Shown: positions 47,152-60,126 of the stretch, piece after piece | Numbering within the stretch: position 1 is the stretch's first letter | Layout of the letters: the number at the start of each line of letters is the position of its first letter | DNA from: Vitrella brassicaformis CCMP3155 | Lineage: Eukaryota; Protista; Chromerida | NCBI GenBank assembly: GCA_001179505.1 | Contig: CDMY01000292.1 | Coordinates: 62,001 to 126,000 of the forward strand | DNA length: 64,000 bases | Direction of reading: 5' to 3' | The notes under the pieces: model-generated | What the model saw: the letters and a program-made list of their open reading frames with translations, nothing else | Database searches by the model: none | Told to the model about the DNA's origin: nothing | Position numbers and translations under genes: made by a program

Positions 47152-49542
47152 ATGCTCGCTTCCGTCGTTCTCCTGTTGCTCCTCAGCGCCTCGCTGGCGC
47201 CGGCCTCTGCCGACCACGATTGCCGCACAATCAACGAGACACGCATCCACGACCGCGTCGAACGGCGACATGAGGGCGCGAATTTCGCTCTTGCAATGGC
47301 CGAGGGTGCCGCTGAGCGTCCCGGCAGGAGCGGGGACGCAGAAACCCGAACGACTGAGTGGCAGCCCGGCAAAGACAAAAAGAAAAAGAAGCGACACGAA
47401 CAGGAGGCCGAGTACCCGGCGGAGGCGGCACGGGAGCGTGGCGAGCGGGGAAGGCGTGAAAGGATGAGGCACCAGCAGGAGGCACAACCGGTGGCACAAC
47501 CTTATGGGTATCATCAGCCAAACCTGCCCCCCGTCCACCCGGTGCGCCAGCCGGTGACCCAGCCACGGCTTCCCCCTGTGACCTCGCCCCACCAGCCGCC
47601 ATCGGAGCAACCATATGGGTATTATGCGTATCACAGTCAGCCAAACCTGCCGCCCATTCACCCTCGCCCTATGACCGCGCCCTACCAGCCGCCACCGGAG
47701 CAACCATATGGGTATTATCACAGTCAGCCAAACCTGCCCCCAATCCACCCGGTGCGCCAGCCGATGACCCAGCCACGGCTTCCCCCTGTGACCTCGCCTC
47801 ACCAGCCGCCACCGGAGCCCGAATACGAATCGTTTACTGCCAGAATGGCCAGACTCGCGGCCGAGGAGCAACAGGAGAAGGAGCGGAAGAAGAAGCAGAT
47901 GAAAATGAAGAAGGCGGAGAAGGTGCCCGGCGAGAAGAGGCGCCCGGGAGGGGTGGCCTGGGAAGTGCCAACAGAGACACTTGGCCACCGGTGAGAAGAA
48001 AATGTTCAGACAGACAAGAGCATTGTCCTGTGATGCTCTCTCAGGGGAAAAGAAGCAGAAGAAAAGGCGCGGCGTCGCACCAGCGAGAAGAAGGCGAAGA
48101 AGGCCAAAGCTACTCCCGAGAAAGCGCCCGTCACGACACCCAAGCAGCCGGTGCCCACTAAGGTGGCGCAACCCACCGTCGAGGTTGTGCCTCCGACCCC
48201 AAAGCCACGTTTGACGCCACCCATGGGGCCGCCGCCGGCACCCATGGGACCGCCATCACCCATACAAGCGTACAAACACGACGTATACACAAAGGAGAAA
48301 GACCAAGTACACCTCATTGTGCGCTGTCTGTCTGCCTCTCTCTCTCTCTCTCTGTGGCTTGCTTGCCTGGTTGCAGCCCGGGTGCGGAGGACGACGAAGA
48401 CACGGAGTCCGAGGACACCGAGTCGTCGGAGGAGGTATCCGATGAGGAATCGGAGGCCAGCGAAGAAGACGCAGAGGAGCCTGCGACTGTGGCCTTCACT
48501 GTCAATGACCCTGAAGGTAGGTGTTCCACATACGCAGTGTTGTCCGTAGTCACTCACCTGCCTGTCTGCCTCTACACACACCACACACATACACAGGCAA
48601 GCAATACACATTTGACCTCCCCAAAAAGGTCAAGATCATCCGAGTCAAGCAACACGTGTTAGAGGACGACCGATATCCCGCTTCGTCCGTGGACCTCCTC
48701 AAGGACGGGCAGCGGCTTCCAGACGAGGCGACCATGGCTGAGAGCGGTGTCAGGGACGGCGACACTCTCCAACTTGTCCTTAAGTCAGAGACTCCGGCCG
48801 CCGCGAAGATAGGCATCACTGTCAATGACCCTGAAGGTAGGTGTTCCACATACGCAGTGCCGTCCGTACTCACTCACTCACCTGTCTGTCTGCCTCTACA
48901 CACACACCACACACATACACAGGCAAGCAATACACATTTGACATCGACAACACGGTCAAGATCATCCAGGTCAAGCAAGGCATCGAGTCGGTGGACCACC
49001 GATATCCCGCTGCGTCCTGGGACCTCTTCAAGAACGGGCAGAAGCTTGGAGACGAGGGGACCATGGCTGAGAGCGATGTCAAGGACGGCGACATTCTCCA
49101 ACTTGTCCTTAAGTCAGAGGGGGCACCCAAGCAGACAAAACCACCAAAGAAAGGTGAGCCCTTCGGCGAGACAGACACTGAGACCCCTCAGCCCTGTTGT
49201 CCGTCTGTCTGTGTATGTGCAGAAGAGATAGAGTTACACGTCCACACCCTCGACGAGAAGCAGCCAATCCTTTTGAAGGTCGTGCCATCCGACACCATCC
49301 GCCAAATCAAGGAAAAGATCCACAAGAAGGACAACCGCTTCATGCCCGACGACATCGACCTGATGCTCAAAAGAGACGACGCCTTCTTCAAAGGATTCAA
49401 GACCCTGAACGACGACACCACCGTCCCGCAAGACATGATCCGGCAGCAGCGCGCCGACCTCTGGCTGAGCTACAAGCCGAGGAAGAGAGCGAAGAAGAAG
49501 GCGGCGAAACCCATCAGGAGGAGCCAGAGCATGACAGACTGA
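47152..49542 (+). CDS. Signal-peptide protein with P/Q/Y tandem repeats, K-rich and acidic linkers and three C-terminal ubiquitin-like domains
   Basis: MLASVVLLLLLSASLAPASA; two UBL units FTVNDPEG|KQYTF..VKIIxVK..LxKxGQxLxDExTMAESxVxDGDxLQLVLK; third UBL IELHVHTLDEKQPILLKVVPSDTIRQIKEKI..L. Intron 47991-48044 is in phase. Confidence 0.8.
47497..47820 (+). repeat. Coding tandem repeat, 3 imperfect units (QPYGY..QPNLPPxHP..QPPxE)
   Basis: Visible at both DNA and protein level in ORF 46747-47994. Confidence 0.9.
48497..49119 (+). repeat. Tandem duplication (~320-nt period) of a UBL exon-intron-exon unit
   Basis: 48497-48790 vs 48817-49119 share CACTGTCAATGACCCTGAAGGTAGGTGTTCCACATACGCAGTG, most of the intron and CTTAAGTCAGAG. 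Confidence 0.92.
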
Positions 49543-50884
49543 GAGGACTGAGTGCATAGGTGATGGATGAGCCACGGACAGACAATCCCTGCAACGATCC
49601 CGAGAGTGAGAGAGACAGGCCTGGCCTGCCTTTGCTTGATCTTGAACGAAATGAGTGGGACAAAACATGTACTGTATGCGCCTGTCTCATCAGATGTCTC
49701 AGCCATTGTCCTCTACCATACGTACACTCACTACACACGCCACTGCGCCACGTACTGCGTATGCACCTCTCTCTCCCTGTGAAATGATACCTACAGCCCC
49801 ACTCACTCACAGCCAGCCAGTCAGCCAGTCAGCCAGCCAGCCACGCGCCGCACTCAAGGCAGCAGACATGGGTCCCTCACCCCTCCCCTCTCGCCCCCCC
49901 TGTCAACTCGTACACCAATCCTGAATGCGTCCATCCATCCATTCATGGCACAACACAACACAACACGAGACACACACAGACAGACAGACAGACGAGCAAC
50001 CCGCCCAGCCTGCGCTTGACCTCCTTATGGCACTCGGCGTGGATGCCCTCGGCCCTCGCCCTGTCGACATCCTGGCCTCTCTCCTTCAAGTGGAAGAGGA
50101 CCGTCTCCAACCGCATTAAAGGCGACGACTGCCCCGCTATTTCCTCGAGGTTCTTTCGGGCTGCCTGCGGGGCAGCCGCTGCCGCCGGGCCGGCCGCTTG
50201 ACCATGATGCTCTGCGATGGGGAAGTCTATCTAGGCCAAAACACGGCTTCGCAGCGTGTCGATTGTGATGAGGAGGGAGGGACCTCGTGTCTCGCGTCAG
50301 GCACCGCATCAGTACGTTAATTAACAAGGAGATGGGGTATAATCATCCATCGTTCGTATGACACGGCATTGCACTGTCCATGAAGTCAGTGGCTGTCTGA
50401 GCAGGACGGTCAGCCTACTCGCCATCGAGCCCTGTGTCAGTCGACGAATCCAAACGCTGCCTCGTTGGCCGATGACCGCCGAACGAGGCATGCAGCGTTG
50501 GGGCGGCGTGTGACACATACCCGTATGAGAGATGGATCCATGATGCACTCACTGTCTCAGGCAGCCTGCACCATCTGTCTGTCTGTGGGCGCTGCTGTCA
50601 AGGGAGACTCGGCAACGTCACTCTCGCCAAATGTCGACCCATCGGCGGGGGTAACGTTGCCGATTCTCGCTCGATAGCAACGCGCCACACCACACCACAG
50701 AGAGACGACGTCGAGATCAATGTCTACTACTCATTCAATCAGGTGCACGACGAGGTGCATCAGTCACTGACGCACCCCACATGCATGGACACAAGTGAGA
50801 GAGCACTCGAGTGAGTTGAGTTGAAATCCCCCCCTACCCTGCCCTGCCCTACCCCCCAAAGCATGCAGGGCAGGCGTCATCTCC

Positions 50885-51699
50885 TCAGCGTGTGCCGTTG
50901 ACGCCGTCCTCATGCTTGACGGTGACCTCGTCCCGCTCGCGATTCCACTGCATCCATCCATCCATCCAGTCATGTGCACACAAATCACACATGGGATTCG
51001 GTGTGGCTTGGCCTACTCACCTTGGCGACCATTGCGCGTCGCTCCTCGCTGGTCTGCCTGGCCCTGGCGCGGTAGTCATCCTCTGTCGCACCACCACCAC
51101 CACCAACACCGCCCTCTCTCTCGCGATTCCACTGCACACACACGCAATGTAATGTGACACACACACGATCGTGTGTGGCTGTGTGGGTGTGGGTTGGTCG
51201 GTAGGAGCGCACCTGTTCGACCATGGCGCGTCGCTCCTGCGATGATTTCTCGCGGTACGTGTCGCCGTTCTGTCGGTCTCGGTTGTACCTGTCGCCGCCT
51301 CCCCTGCTGTCCCGGTACCCCCTGCTGTCATTGTAGCCGCCTCGCCTGTCGTCGCGGCGGTCTCTGTCGCGATCTCGGTCCCGGTAGCGCTCGCGGGACC
51401 TGCATCACACCACACCACACACTGATGCATGAATGGACGTCCTCGGTGCAGACAGAGACTCTGTTTGAGGTTCTTCACCTGGATCTCTGCTGGGGTGCCT
51501 CCCTGTCCCTGTTGTTGTCCCTGTTGTCTCTGCTGTCCCGTGTGTCGGCTGGTTTTCTGTAGTCGGGGTGGTCCTCGTACATCTGCTTGAAGAGCTTCCG
51601 CTTAAGGGAACGCGGCACGTGCTTGGTGTGCATGAAGTTGCAGTACCCGCCACCTACACGCACACACGTAGCGAGATGGATGGATGGCAGTAACTCTAA

Positions 51700-51730
<31 letters not shown>

Positions 51731-52879
51731 CGTGTGTGTGTGTACGAGTGCATTGCCCTTCGACGAACTGTCTGCACCGCGCCTCCCTGAAATCGGTGAC
51801 GGGGCAAAACTCAGCGGTGATTGCCTTGCCTGCACACCACACAGACGCAATGTCAAATTAATTACGTCGATGAGTGTTGGGGCCAGCGTACCTGCGTAGA
51901 ATCTGCCAGTGAGGCCCTTGAGTGCCTTGTCGGCATCGTCCTCGTTGACGTACTTGATGTACACGTTGCCAATCATGTGATCGCCTGCACACACACACAC
52001 ACACCAACCACATGAACACGCCAACCACATGAACACACATCCGTCAGTGCCTCATGGTCTGCACCGACCCACCGATATTGTCGCAGACCGTCATCTCTTC
52101 GATCTCTCCGTAGTTGGCCAGCTCAGCGAACACCTGTTGGCATGGCACCCACATGGCATGGACATGGACGCAGACACCAAGAACACATTTGATTCGGCTG
52201 CCATGCATCCCCACTGACGTGTAATGTGCCTACCTCCTCATAGAACGCCTCAAAGTGGTCTTGTGCCTGGTCTGCCAAATCATCAGTCACCTGCTGACCT
52301 GCACACACCCACACACACACACACCCACACACACACGGACAGAGAGGAGAGCGAGAGAGGGAGAGAAATGCACCTCTCTCTGTGTGGCCATCACACCCAC
52401 ACCCACACCCACACACCTTCGGCAATGGCGAGTGCCACAGGTGGGTTCTGATACATGTGTCGCAGCACCAGTGTCTGGCCTGTGGACACAGACAATACAC
52501 ATAATATCAAACAGCACCGGCGGCAGTGCTCACGTGCTCTCCCTCCCACCCCAGCGTCGTGTGCCTTCCCCCCCCATTGCCTTGATTGACTTGATTGACT
52601 TGATTGACTTACTTGCGGTCGGTTTGTAGTGTGCCCTTGAGCACTGATCCCCATGCCGACACGCGCCAATCTTCCAGTAGAACGGACAGTTCACCCTGCA
52701 CCCAACACACACACACACACACACAGACACGGCACAAAGACAGCAAGCAGAACCAACGCACGAGTCACATAGATGCACCCAGATGCACGCAGATCTCTCT
52801 CGCGCGCATCTCTCTGCTTCCCCATTCTCACCCACCTGTCCTCCTCCGTGCCGATGATCCGCGCAAGTCGTTCCGCCAT
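50885..52879 (-). CDS. U2AF1: Splicing factor U2AF small subunit (U2AF35)
   Basis: [15 protein letters not shown]|[26 protein letters not shown]; DHFEAFYEE|[21 protein letters not shown]|[11 protein letters not shown]; [26 protein letters not shown]; RD-rich tail; two xxERRAMVxx|WNRER motifs. Confidence 0.96.
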
Positions 52880-53604
52880 CTTCCTTCTCGATCTCTCTCC
52901 CCTCCTCCGCTGCGAGCTTCATGCGCTTCCCGATCCTCCGTGAAACCCTCTGGACAGCTGCGACAGAACTGGTGTCCCAGAAGAAAGAACGACCCTGAGA
53001 GCTGGATTGTGGTCCTTCGACACGATCCCTCAGGCAAACCAACGAAGCCGCGGTGGATGTGAGCCTTGGTTGTTGACCAGGGAGCACATTCGGTGACTAG
53101 AGGCCTCTCGTGAGAGCACCCTCATCTGTCCGGTCGCTGAGGCGAGATGGCCCTTCGGTCGCGACGTGTCGGCGTTGCCAGTACTGACTGCGCGAGGTGT
53201 CCTGTGTCGAGTGTACAGTCGAAGACAGAACGAGTCGCTGTTGCTGTTGCTACCGGTGCTGGTGCGAATCTTCCCCTCCCTCCCTCTTGCCGCTCCTGGC
53301 TTCCCCACAACCACGGCGATATCAGCATGACGTTCTACCTCGCGGCTGACGCCCACTACGACGCCATCTGAACAAACCGACGGAACAGACGGCCTGTCGT
53401 GTGTTCGTTCGTGTCGTGTCGTGTTCGGATCCTTATTGCCCCTTCCCCTTCCCCCACCTCCCCCTTCTACAACAGCAACAACAACCAGACCCATCATCCT
53501 TACCCCCGCTTGTGTACAGCTACAGCAGTATCTTACCTTGTCTGATCTACCTCTACCTCTACCTCTTCCTCTACCTTGTTCTTTATCGGCATAGCCACAT
53601 TAGC

Positions 53605-55569
53605 ATGCAGCGTGCAGCTCAGGACGCATCGGCCTCCTTCGAGCGCGTGCTGAACCGGCTGGACGTGACGACCACTGGGTTGGGCGCCGGTGGTCCTGGT
53701 GGTGAGAGTGACGACCGTGCCGCTGCCGGGCGATATGGGTACGCGCCGCGCCGAATGGACACACACACACACACGGTGACACACGGTCACCGATACTCAT
53801 CTCTCCTCTCCCTCTGTGTGCTGTGCTGTGTCGGTTGCTGCTCGTCATCAGGCCTTCACCTCCTGGCGGCTTCGCGGACAAGTTCGCAGACAAGGACGGC
53901 TTCGAGTGTCCCCTGGGCATCGGCGGTGGCGTCGGCGGCGTGATGCACCCCGCCATGCAGCAGATGGCCGGGGGCAGTGGTGCTCACGGCGTCATGCTCA
54001 TGGGCGACCCTTATGCCGGCAGAAAAGACATAACCAGGTGTGTGTTAGTGAGGGCTGGGGGCTTGGGTGGGGGGATGGGGATAACGCACACACGAGTATT
54101 CGGTGACTGACCGTGGCTTGGCTGTCTTTGGCTGTGTGTGTGTATGTGCGCCTGGCTGTGCCTTCCTGTGTCTGGCTGTGTGTATGTCGTGGATGAAGGG
54201 GTGTGGCTGCGACTGCTGCGCCCACCAATCTGCTGGCCTTTGCTGCCGACCACCCTCATGCTCATGGTGCGTGTCCGTGTCTAGACCCCTCCCTCTCCCT
54301 CTCAGCGTGTTGGCACATCCTGCATCTGTGTGTGTCTGTCTCATCACGTCTGTTGGCCTACAGGGAAGCTCCGTCGTCCGTCTGGCGAGTGTGTGTGCGG
54401 CCCGTCGTTGGCGAGCGAGGGCTACGGGTACGAGTATCTCAGCGACGTCCCGCACATGAGACACAGGTACAGTGTGTGTGCCTCCCTCTCTCTGGTGGCC
54501 TGTGCTCTCCCTCAGTCACGTGTGATGCACTGTGGTGTGCTGTGTGTGAATGTGTTGTGCAGCACTGATCCCCTGTCCTTGGCGAGCAAGGCTAAGCGTG
54601 ACATTGTGCAGCGGGGAGTCAGTGAAGGGCAGACTGGTGCGTCAGTCATGTCGCACACACAGATACATACCCACACACACAGACGGACATCTGTCTGCCC
54701 ATTTATGCGTCAGGTACAGGCTACTCGTTCTGGCAGGGCAAAGACGACCCGGCAGGCGCCCCCTCTGCTGCAGCAGGGAGCGGCGTGACACAACGATTCA
54801 AGAAAGACACCCGTACGCACACACAACCACACCCACACCCACACACGAGCCACACCAGCAAACACGCGACCCCCACACCCACCTCCCTCTGTCTGTGTCT
54901 GTGCGTCCATCCATCTATCGATCCATCCATCCATCCATCAGACACTCTGTGTGCGTTGCCATCGTCGCGTGTGGGTGGTGCTGGGTTCCCGCTGCTCCCT
55001 GGCCACACCGTCAAGTGCCGACTGGCCCGGGAGAGCGGCGTCGACGAATACCTGCTGGCGAATAAGGTGAGTCAGTGAGTGGGTTGCTGGTGTGGGTGTG
55101 TGTTGTGATGTGTTGTGATGTGTTGTGATGTGTTGTGATGTGTTGTGTGGCTGCAGGTAGCTGATCACTTGTACCGTAGCCACGACCAGGGTGCGGGCGA
55201 CTACTGCGCCATGATCAAATGCCACGCCAAACACTTGCAGGTGCGTACCCCTGACACACACACACACACACACACAGGGCCCCCTATGGATGCATCTGTC
55301 TCTCCGTGTGTGTCTCTCTCTCTCTCTGTCAGCTGACGTCTCTAGTGTTTGTTGACTTCCTGCCCCTTGTGCTGTGTCTGGCCTTCTACCCATCGACCTG
55401 CCAGACCAGCGGCCATGATGGCCATGAAGACTCACACACTGACTTAGACAAATCAGATATGAGCAAAACCGACACCAAAGACTCAGACGTGGTCGTCGCC
55501 GAGATACAGAGAATCTCAGGTACGTTTGCCGCGCCCGCACACCCAGCACACACACGTTGCCTCCATCTA

Positions 55570-55604
<35 letters not shown>

Positions 55605-57448
55605 CAGGTGACCCTGTGCTCTTCCTCCGTGTGTGGCGGGAGATTGCGGGCCTCCTGCAGGCCACTGCACCGCTCGACGCCCCATCGGCCGTGCAGCTGC
55701 AGCACGAGGAGGCGCAGGGCACACAGACCACCCAGGCGACATCAGAGATGGACGTGTGTGTCGGCATGGGCATGGGCATGGCCATCGAGGGCGGGTTCGG
55801 CGGCATCGAGGGCGGGGACTTCTGGGGCAAGGTCGACATCGAGGAGGTCGAACGTAAGCCCGTCAAGTGAAGTCAAGTGAAGTGGCTCTCGAGCACCTTC
55901 ACACGTGCGGATGTCTCTCTGTCTGTTTGTCTGTTTTTCTCCCGTGTGTGTGTCTTGTTCTTGTGTGTGCAGGTGCCATGTACGAGGAGCTGGAGCAGTC
56001 GACGGCCGTGCCGTCCGACCTGTCCTCAACCTCCACACCCACCAGCAGCCCTTCGTACGCACCCACACCAACCACACCAACCACAACACACCACACCACA
56101 CAGCACACACGCATCCCTTTGTGTCTTGGTTCCTTCCTCTCTCCTTATGTCAGAGTCGCTTCCATGAATTTGCTTAAAGAGGGTTTGAAGGAACCTGAGT
56201 CACACCCGGGGGTAGGCACGAGACAAGCAGGCCAAGAAGCGAAAGACATGGCTCTCTGTCATGTCATGTGTGTCAGCTTGAGAAGCTGTGTTCGGGTAGC
56301 CCTAGCGACATGGAGGAGGGCGCGGCGCTCATCGCCCAGTCGTCTGCGCACTGTACGCCCTCCCCTCCACCCCACCACCAGACACACACACACAGACACA
56401 CACATGCCTGTGTCTGTCGGGTGTCTGCTGTTTGTTCACTTGCAGGGTTGAGTAAGTCCCTGCTCGCGTCGCCTGATGCCCTGTCTAAGCTCAAGAGAGC
56501 GCTCGACTCATACCACGACACACACGTAACGACCTGCACACACACACACACACACACACTACAGCCGTCCTCGCAATGCATTGCATTCTTCCCTCCCTCC
56601 CTCCCTCCCTCCCTCATGTGTGTGGGTGTCTGCAATGCTGCAGGTGGGTGCGATGCCGCTGACGGTCGTCTACCCACTGGTCGCCGCCGTCAATAACCTG
56701 GCGACAGGTACGTACGCAGCGGTCGATGCCTTACCACACACAAACAAAGATGCATCTGGGTGTGTGTGTGTGTGTGTCAATGTGTTATGACAGAGTACTC
56801 GCAAGAGCTGCTGTCCTGCGGTTTGGCGGACACCCTCGTGTCGCTGCTCAAGAAGAGCACTCACACCGTCCAGTCGGCGCCCGCACTCTACACCGCCGCG
56901 GCGCAGTCCACCCACCACACCCACACCACCACCACCACTGTCACGCGGACCTCGTTCACACAGGAGACCATTACCAGCACAATGATGGTCAGACAGAGAG
57001 AGACAGAGAGAGAAGGGCAAACAAACGGGCACACCACTTTCTCCTCTCTCTGTGTGTGTGTGTATGTGCAGGCGGCGTCCTTTCACACGAGCAGCAGCAG
57101 CATGTACACGGACGTCTGTGTGGGGGGTGTGGGCGGGGTGGCCGAGCTGGAGCCGCCGGTGGTCGTGCGGGAGATGGCCAAGGCCATCAGGGACCTCTGC
57201 AAAGCCCCTTATGTGGAGTCCAACCTCCTGGAATCACTCCACACAAGCATCCGGTAACACACACACACACACTCAGACATTGAGCCACCCATCCCATCCC
57301 ATCCGCGTGTGCGTCTGGTGTGTGTGTGTCTGCCCACCATTCCTTCAGTGATCTCGAGTCGACGGTGTCATACGGGCGATCTTTCGACCACGTAGCTCTG
57401 CAGCACGTCAGGGCCGCCATGCACGCACTCAGAGGACACCTGGCCTGA
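53605..57448 (+). CDS. Large multi-exon hypothetical protein, possibly alpha-helical (ARM-like) C-terminal half
   Basis: A chain of >15 coding-looking exons between TG/CA introns (MQRAAQDASASFERVL..; VKCRLARESGVDEYLLANK|VADHLY; ELLSCGLADTLVSLLKK; VVREMAKAIRDLCK). Not all junctions were phase-checked. Confidence 0.6.
55101..55146. repeat. Intronic 10-mer tandem repeat (TGTTGTGATG)x4+
   Basis: Directly visible. Confidence 0.9.
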
Positions 57449-60126
57449 CGTGCCGTGCGTGCATGGTGGACGGGCGGATGGCTTTGTTTGTGTGTGCGCG
57501 TACGTGACGAGTGTGTGATTGTGTGTATGTTTGTTGATCGATTCGATGTGTGTGTGTGTGTGTGTGTCTGTGTGTGTGTGTTTATTTGTCACCCAACACC
57601 CTGCGCCTGACTTGAGTGCCTGACTGACTCAGTTGTGTCTCTCTCGATGGACAGCCATACCCCATGGGATGGGTGTGTGGTGTGGTGTGGTGTGGGTGTA
57701 CGTGTGCGCCACTACTCTCAACTTTTTTTAGATCAACGATACGATGGATATGAGTGCTCGCCACACACACACACACACACACGGACAGATGCACAACCTT
57801 GCCAACCTTCCTGAATGCCTCAGAATAAGAATCAGAGAGAGAGACACGCACACACGGCACGCCCATTTTGGCGTGGCGTGTGTGTGTGGTGTCAGAGTTC
57901 CGTCTGTCTGTCTGTCTGCCGGTAGATGCGCGCGTACGTCAAAGCGTCGCATTTTTTGTAGAGACTGTGTGTGGACGGATGAATGAATGGGTGACCGGCA
58001 GACAGCAAAACAGGCAGGCAGGCAGGCAGGCAAGACACAGAGAGAGAGGGGGAGACAGGTCCGTGACAGACAAGGGAAAGATAAACGGCCGGTTTTCGCT
58101 TTTGCGTCATCTGCCGTCTTTCTGTGTCCAATGGCACTGACACGCGGCAGATTGAGCCATCCCACCGGCATCAATCGGCTACCGTGGCTGTGCAGGTGGC
58201 ACAGAAGGACGGGAGAGACCGAACGGTAGCGAACGGGCAGCCAGCCAGCAATGCATTAAAGTCATGACAACCAACCGTCCGTGAAGATTCTTTTCGCTCT
58301 GCTGTCGCGTTCGTCTGTATCGTGGCCGCCACGTCCGATCTGTGCTGAATCGAGGTCAGCACGGCAGATCGCACGTGGCGGCTTCGGCGTTGATGAAGTC
58401 GACAGAAGGTGAGTGACATGACGCGGACAGAGCAGAGAGGCAGTGGGTGGCATGAGAAGCAGTGGCAGTCAGTGAGTAAACAGGGCTTGCGGTGTGGTGT
58501 GTTTGTTCCGTTGGCGGCTGTGGTCCGTAGGTGTGTTTCCTCTTCTGTTTCTTTAGAACTGTCTTTCTTTGGTGGTGGTGGTGGTTTGTTGCGCTTTGAA
58601 CCAATCAAGCTGCTTGGCCGCACACACACACAGGGAGAAGAGAAGCGAACGAGACAGACAAAGGCACACGAATGTGGGGCTAGCCTGGAGGCACCTGCCC
58701 GCCACAGTTATCCGTCGGGGCGAGGCACGTACTTGACGTGTGTGGTGTGTGTGGTGGTGAGAGGGGTTTTTGTGCAGTGCATGTGCAGTGGGTGTGCGTG
58801 TGGACGTATGCGCGGCGCCAGCTTGTCTCGCCTGTCGACGGACGGACGGACGGACGGAGTCCTTCTGCGTCCCGCTGTGCTTGTAATTTTTGCCTAGAAT
58901 GTGTGCGCGGTGCGGTGGGGTGCCTGGCCTGTCGACCTGCCGGCCTGTCTGCCTGCCTGCCGGTCTTGTGTGCATTGGTGGCATGGCGTCGGTAGGTGTA
59001 GGTGACTGACTGACTCAGTTCTTCCTCGCTCGCGCTCTCTCCCTCTGTCTGCCTGCCTAATACTCCTCTGGCAATTCGATCGTCCCACCCCATCTCATCC
59101 CATCTCATGAATGGCTAGCTGCGACGGCGGGCCATTGCGTGGGCGGCCGGCCTGCAGACATCGACACACACATACACGTACAGATGTACATCAGCGTTTG
59201 TTGTGGTTCTTCTGATGGTGGCGGTGGTGGTGGTGGTGCATCGGGTGCTCGTGTGTTGTAAGCCTGTCTGTCTCCCTGTGTGTGTGTGTGTTACATGTAC
59301 CTGGCTGGACACTCGGCATCGTGTGAACTTTCTTCTTCCCTGCCTCCCTCTCCCTTAATCTGACTGCTTGTCTACTCGCCCGTCTGCGGCAGCCATATCG
59401 GAACCTTCCCCCCACCCACACCCACCCCCCATCATCACTACGCGAGATGTGTGCATCTGCAGACGGTTATGCGGCCTTCATCCAATGCCGCCCTGCCCAA
59501 TGGCGCGTTGCCGTTGATCGTGTTCATCGGCACCATTCCCGGCGCACACATGAGTCTGGTTCGTTCCTCGCCCGCCCTCCCATCTCTTGTCAGGGTAAGC
59601 AGTGGGACCCTGCCTCAACCTCTGCTGCAATGAGGCCTGGCCGGTCTTCCGGTGGTCTTCTGCCATGCCTTTCGGGGTCCTGCTGACACTTGTTCCAGCC
59701 ATGTCTCTGTCTGTCTGTCTGTCTGTGCATCATGCTGCTGGGGCTTGATGCGTTGCGTTACTGAATGCGCTTTCATTACTTGATAGCTCAATCGCCTGCC
59801 TGCATGCCTGCCTGGGTCCGTGCTGACTCTTTCCTCCCTGTCCACACGGCCCTTTAGGTGATGTATGGGTCCGTCTGTCTGTCTCTCTGCAGATGCCACG
59901 CCATGCCATGCGCACGTCGGTCTGTTCATTACAGTATAGATGTCTATTCTTGCCAAAACTGCTGTCGCAGATCCGCCGAGGGAAGCCAGCGGTCAGCAAC
60001 GCCACACCACACCACAAAGAGAGTAAGGCAGCAAAAGCAGACCAGAGTTCAGTTCAGTGACCCCACAAGCCAGCCAACCAACCAGAGAGACAGGGGAGAG
60101 GCGAGGCTGGCTGTGTGCTGTTTATC

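Noticed and set aside
50263-50400. Possible C/D snoRNA (TGATGA ... CTGA)
   Set aside because: No terminal stem or convincing internal boxes or rRNA guide was identified by eye.
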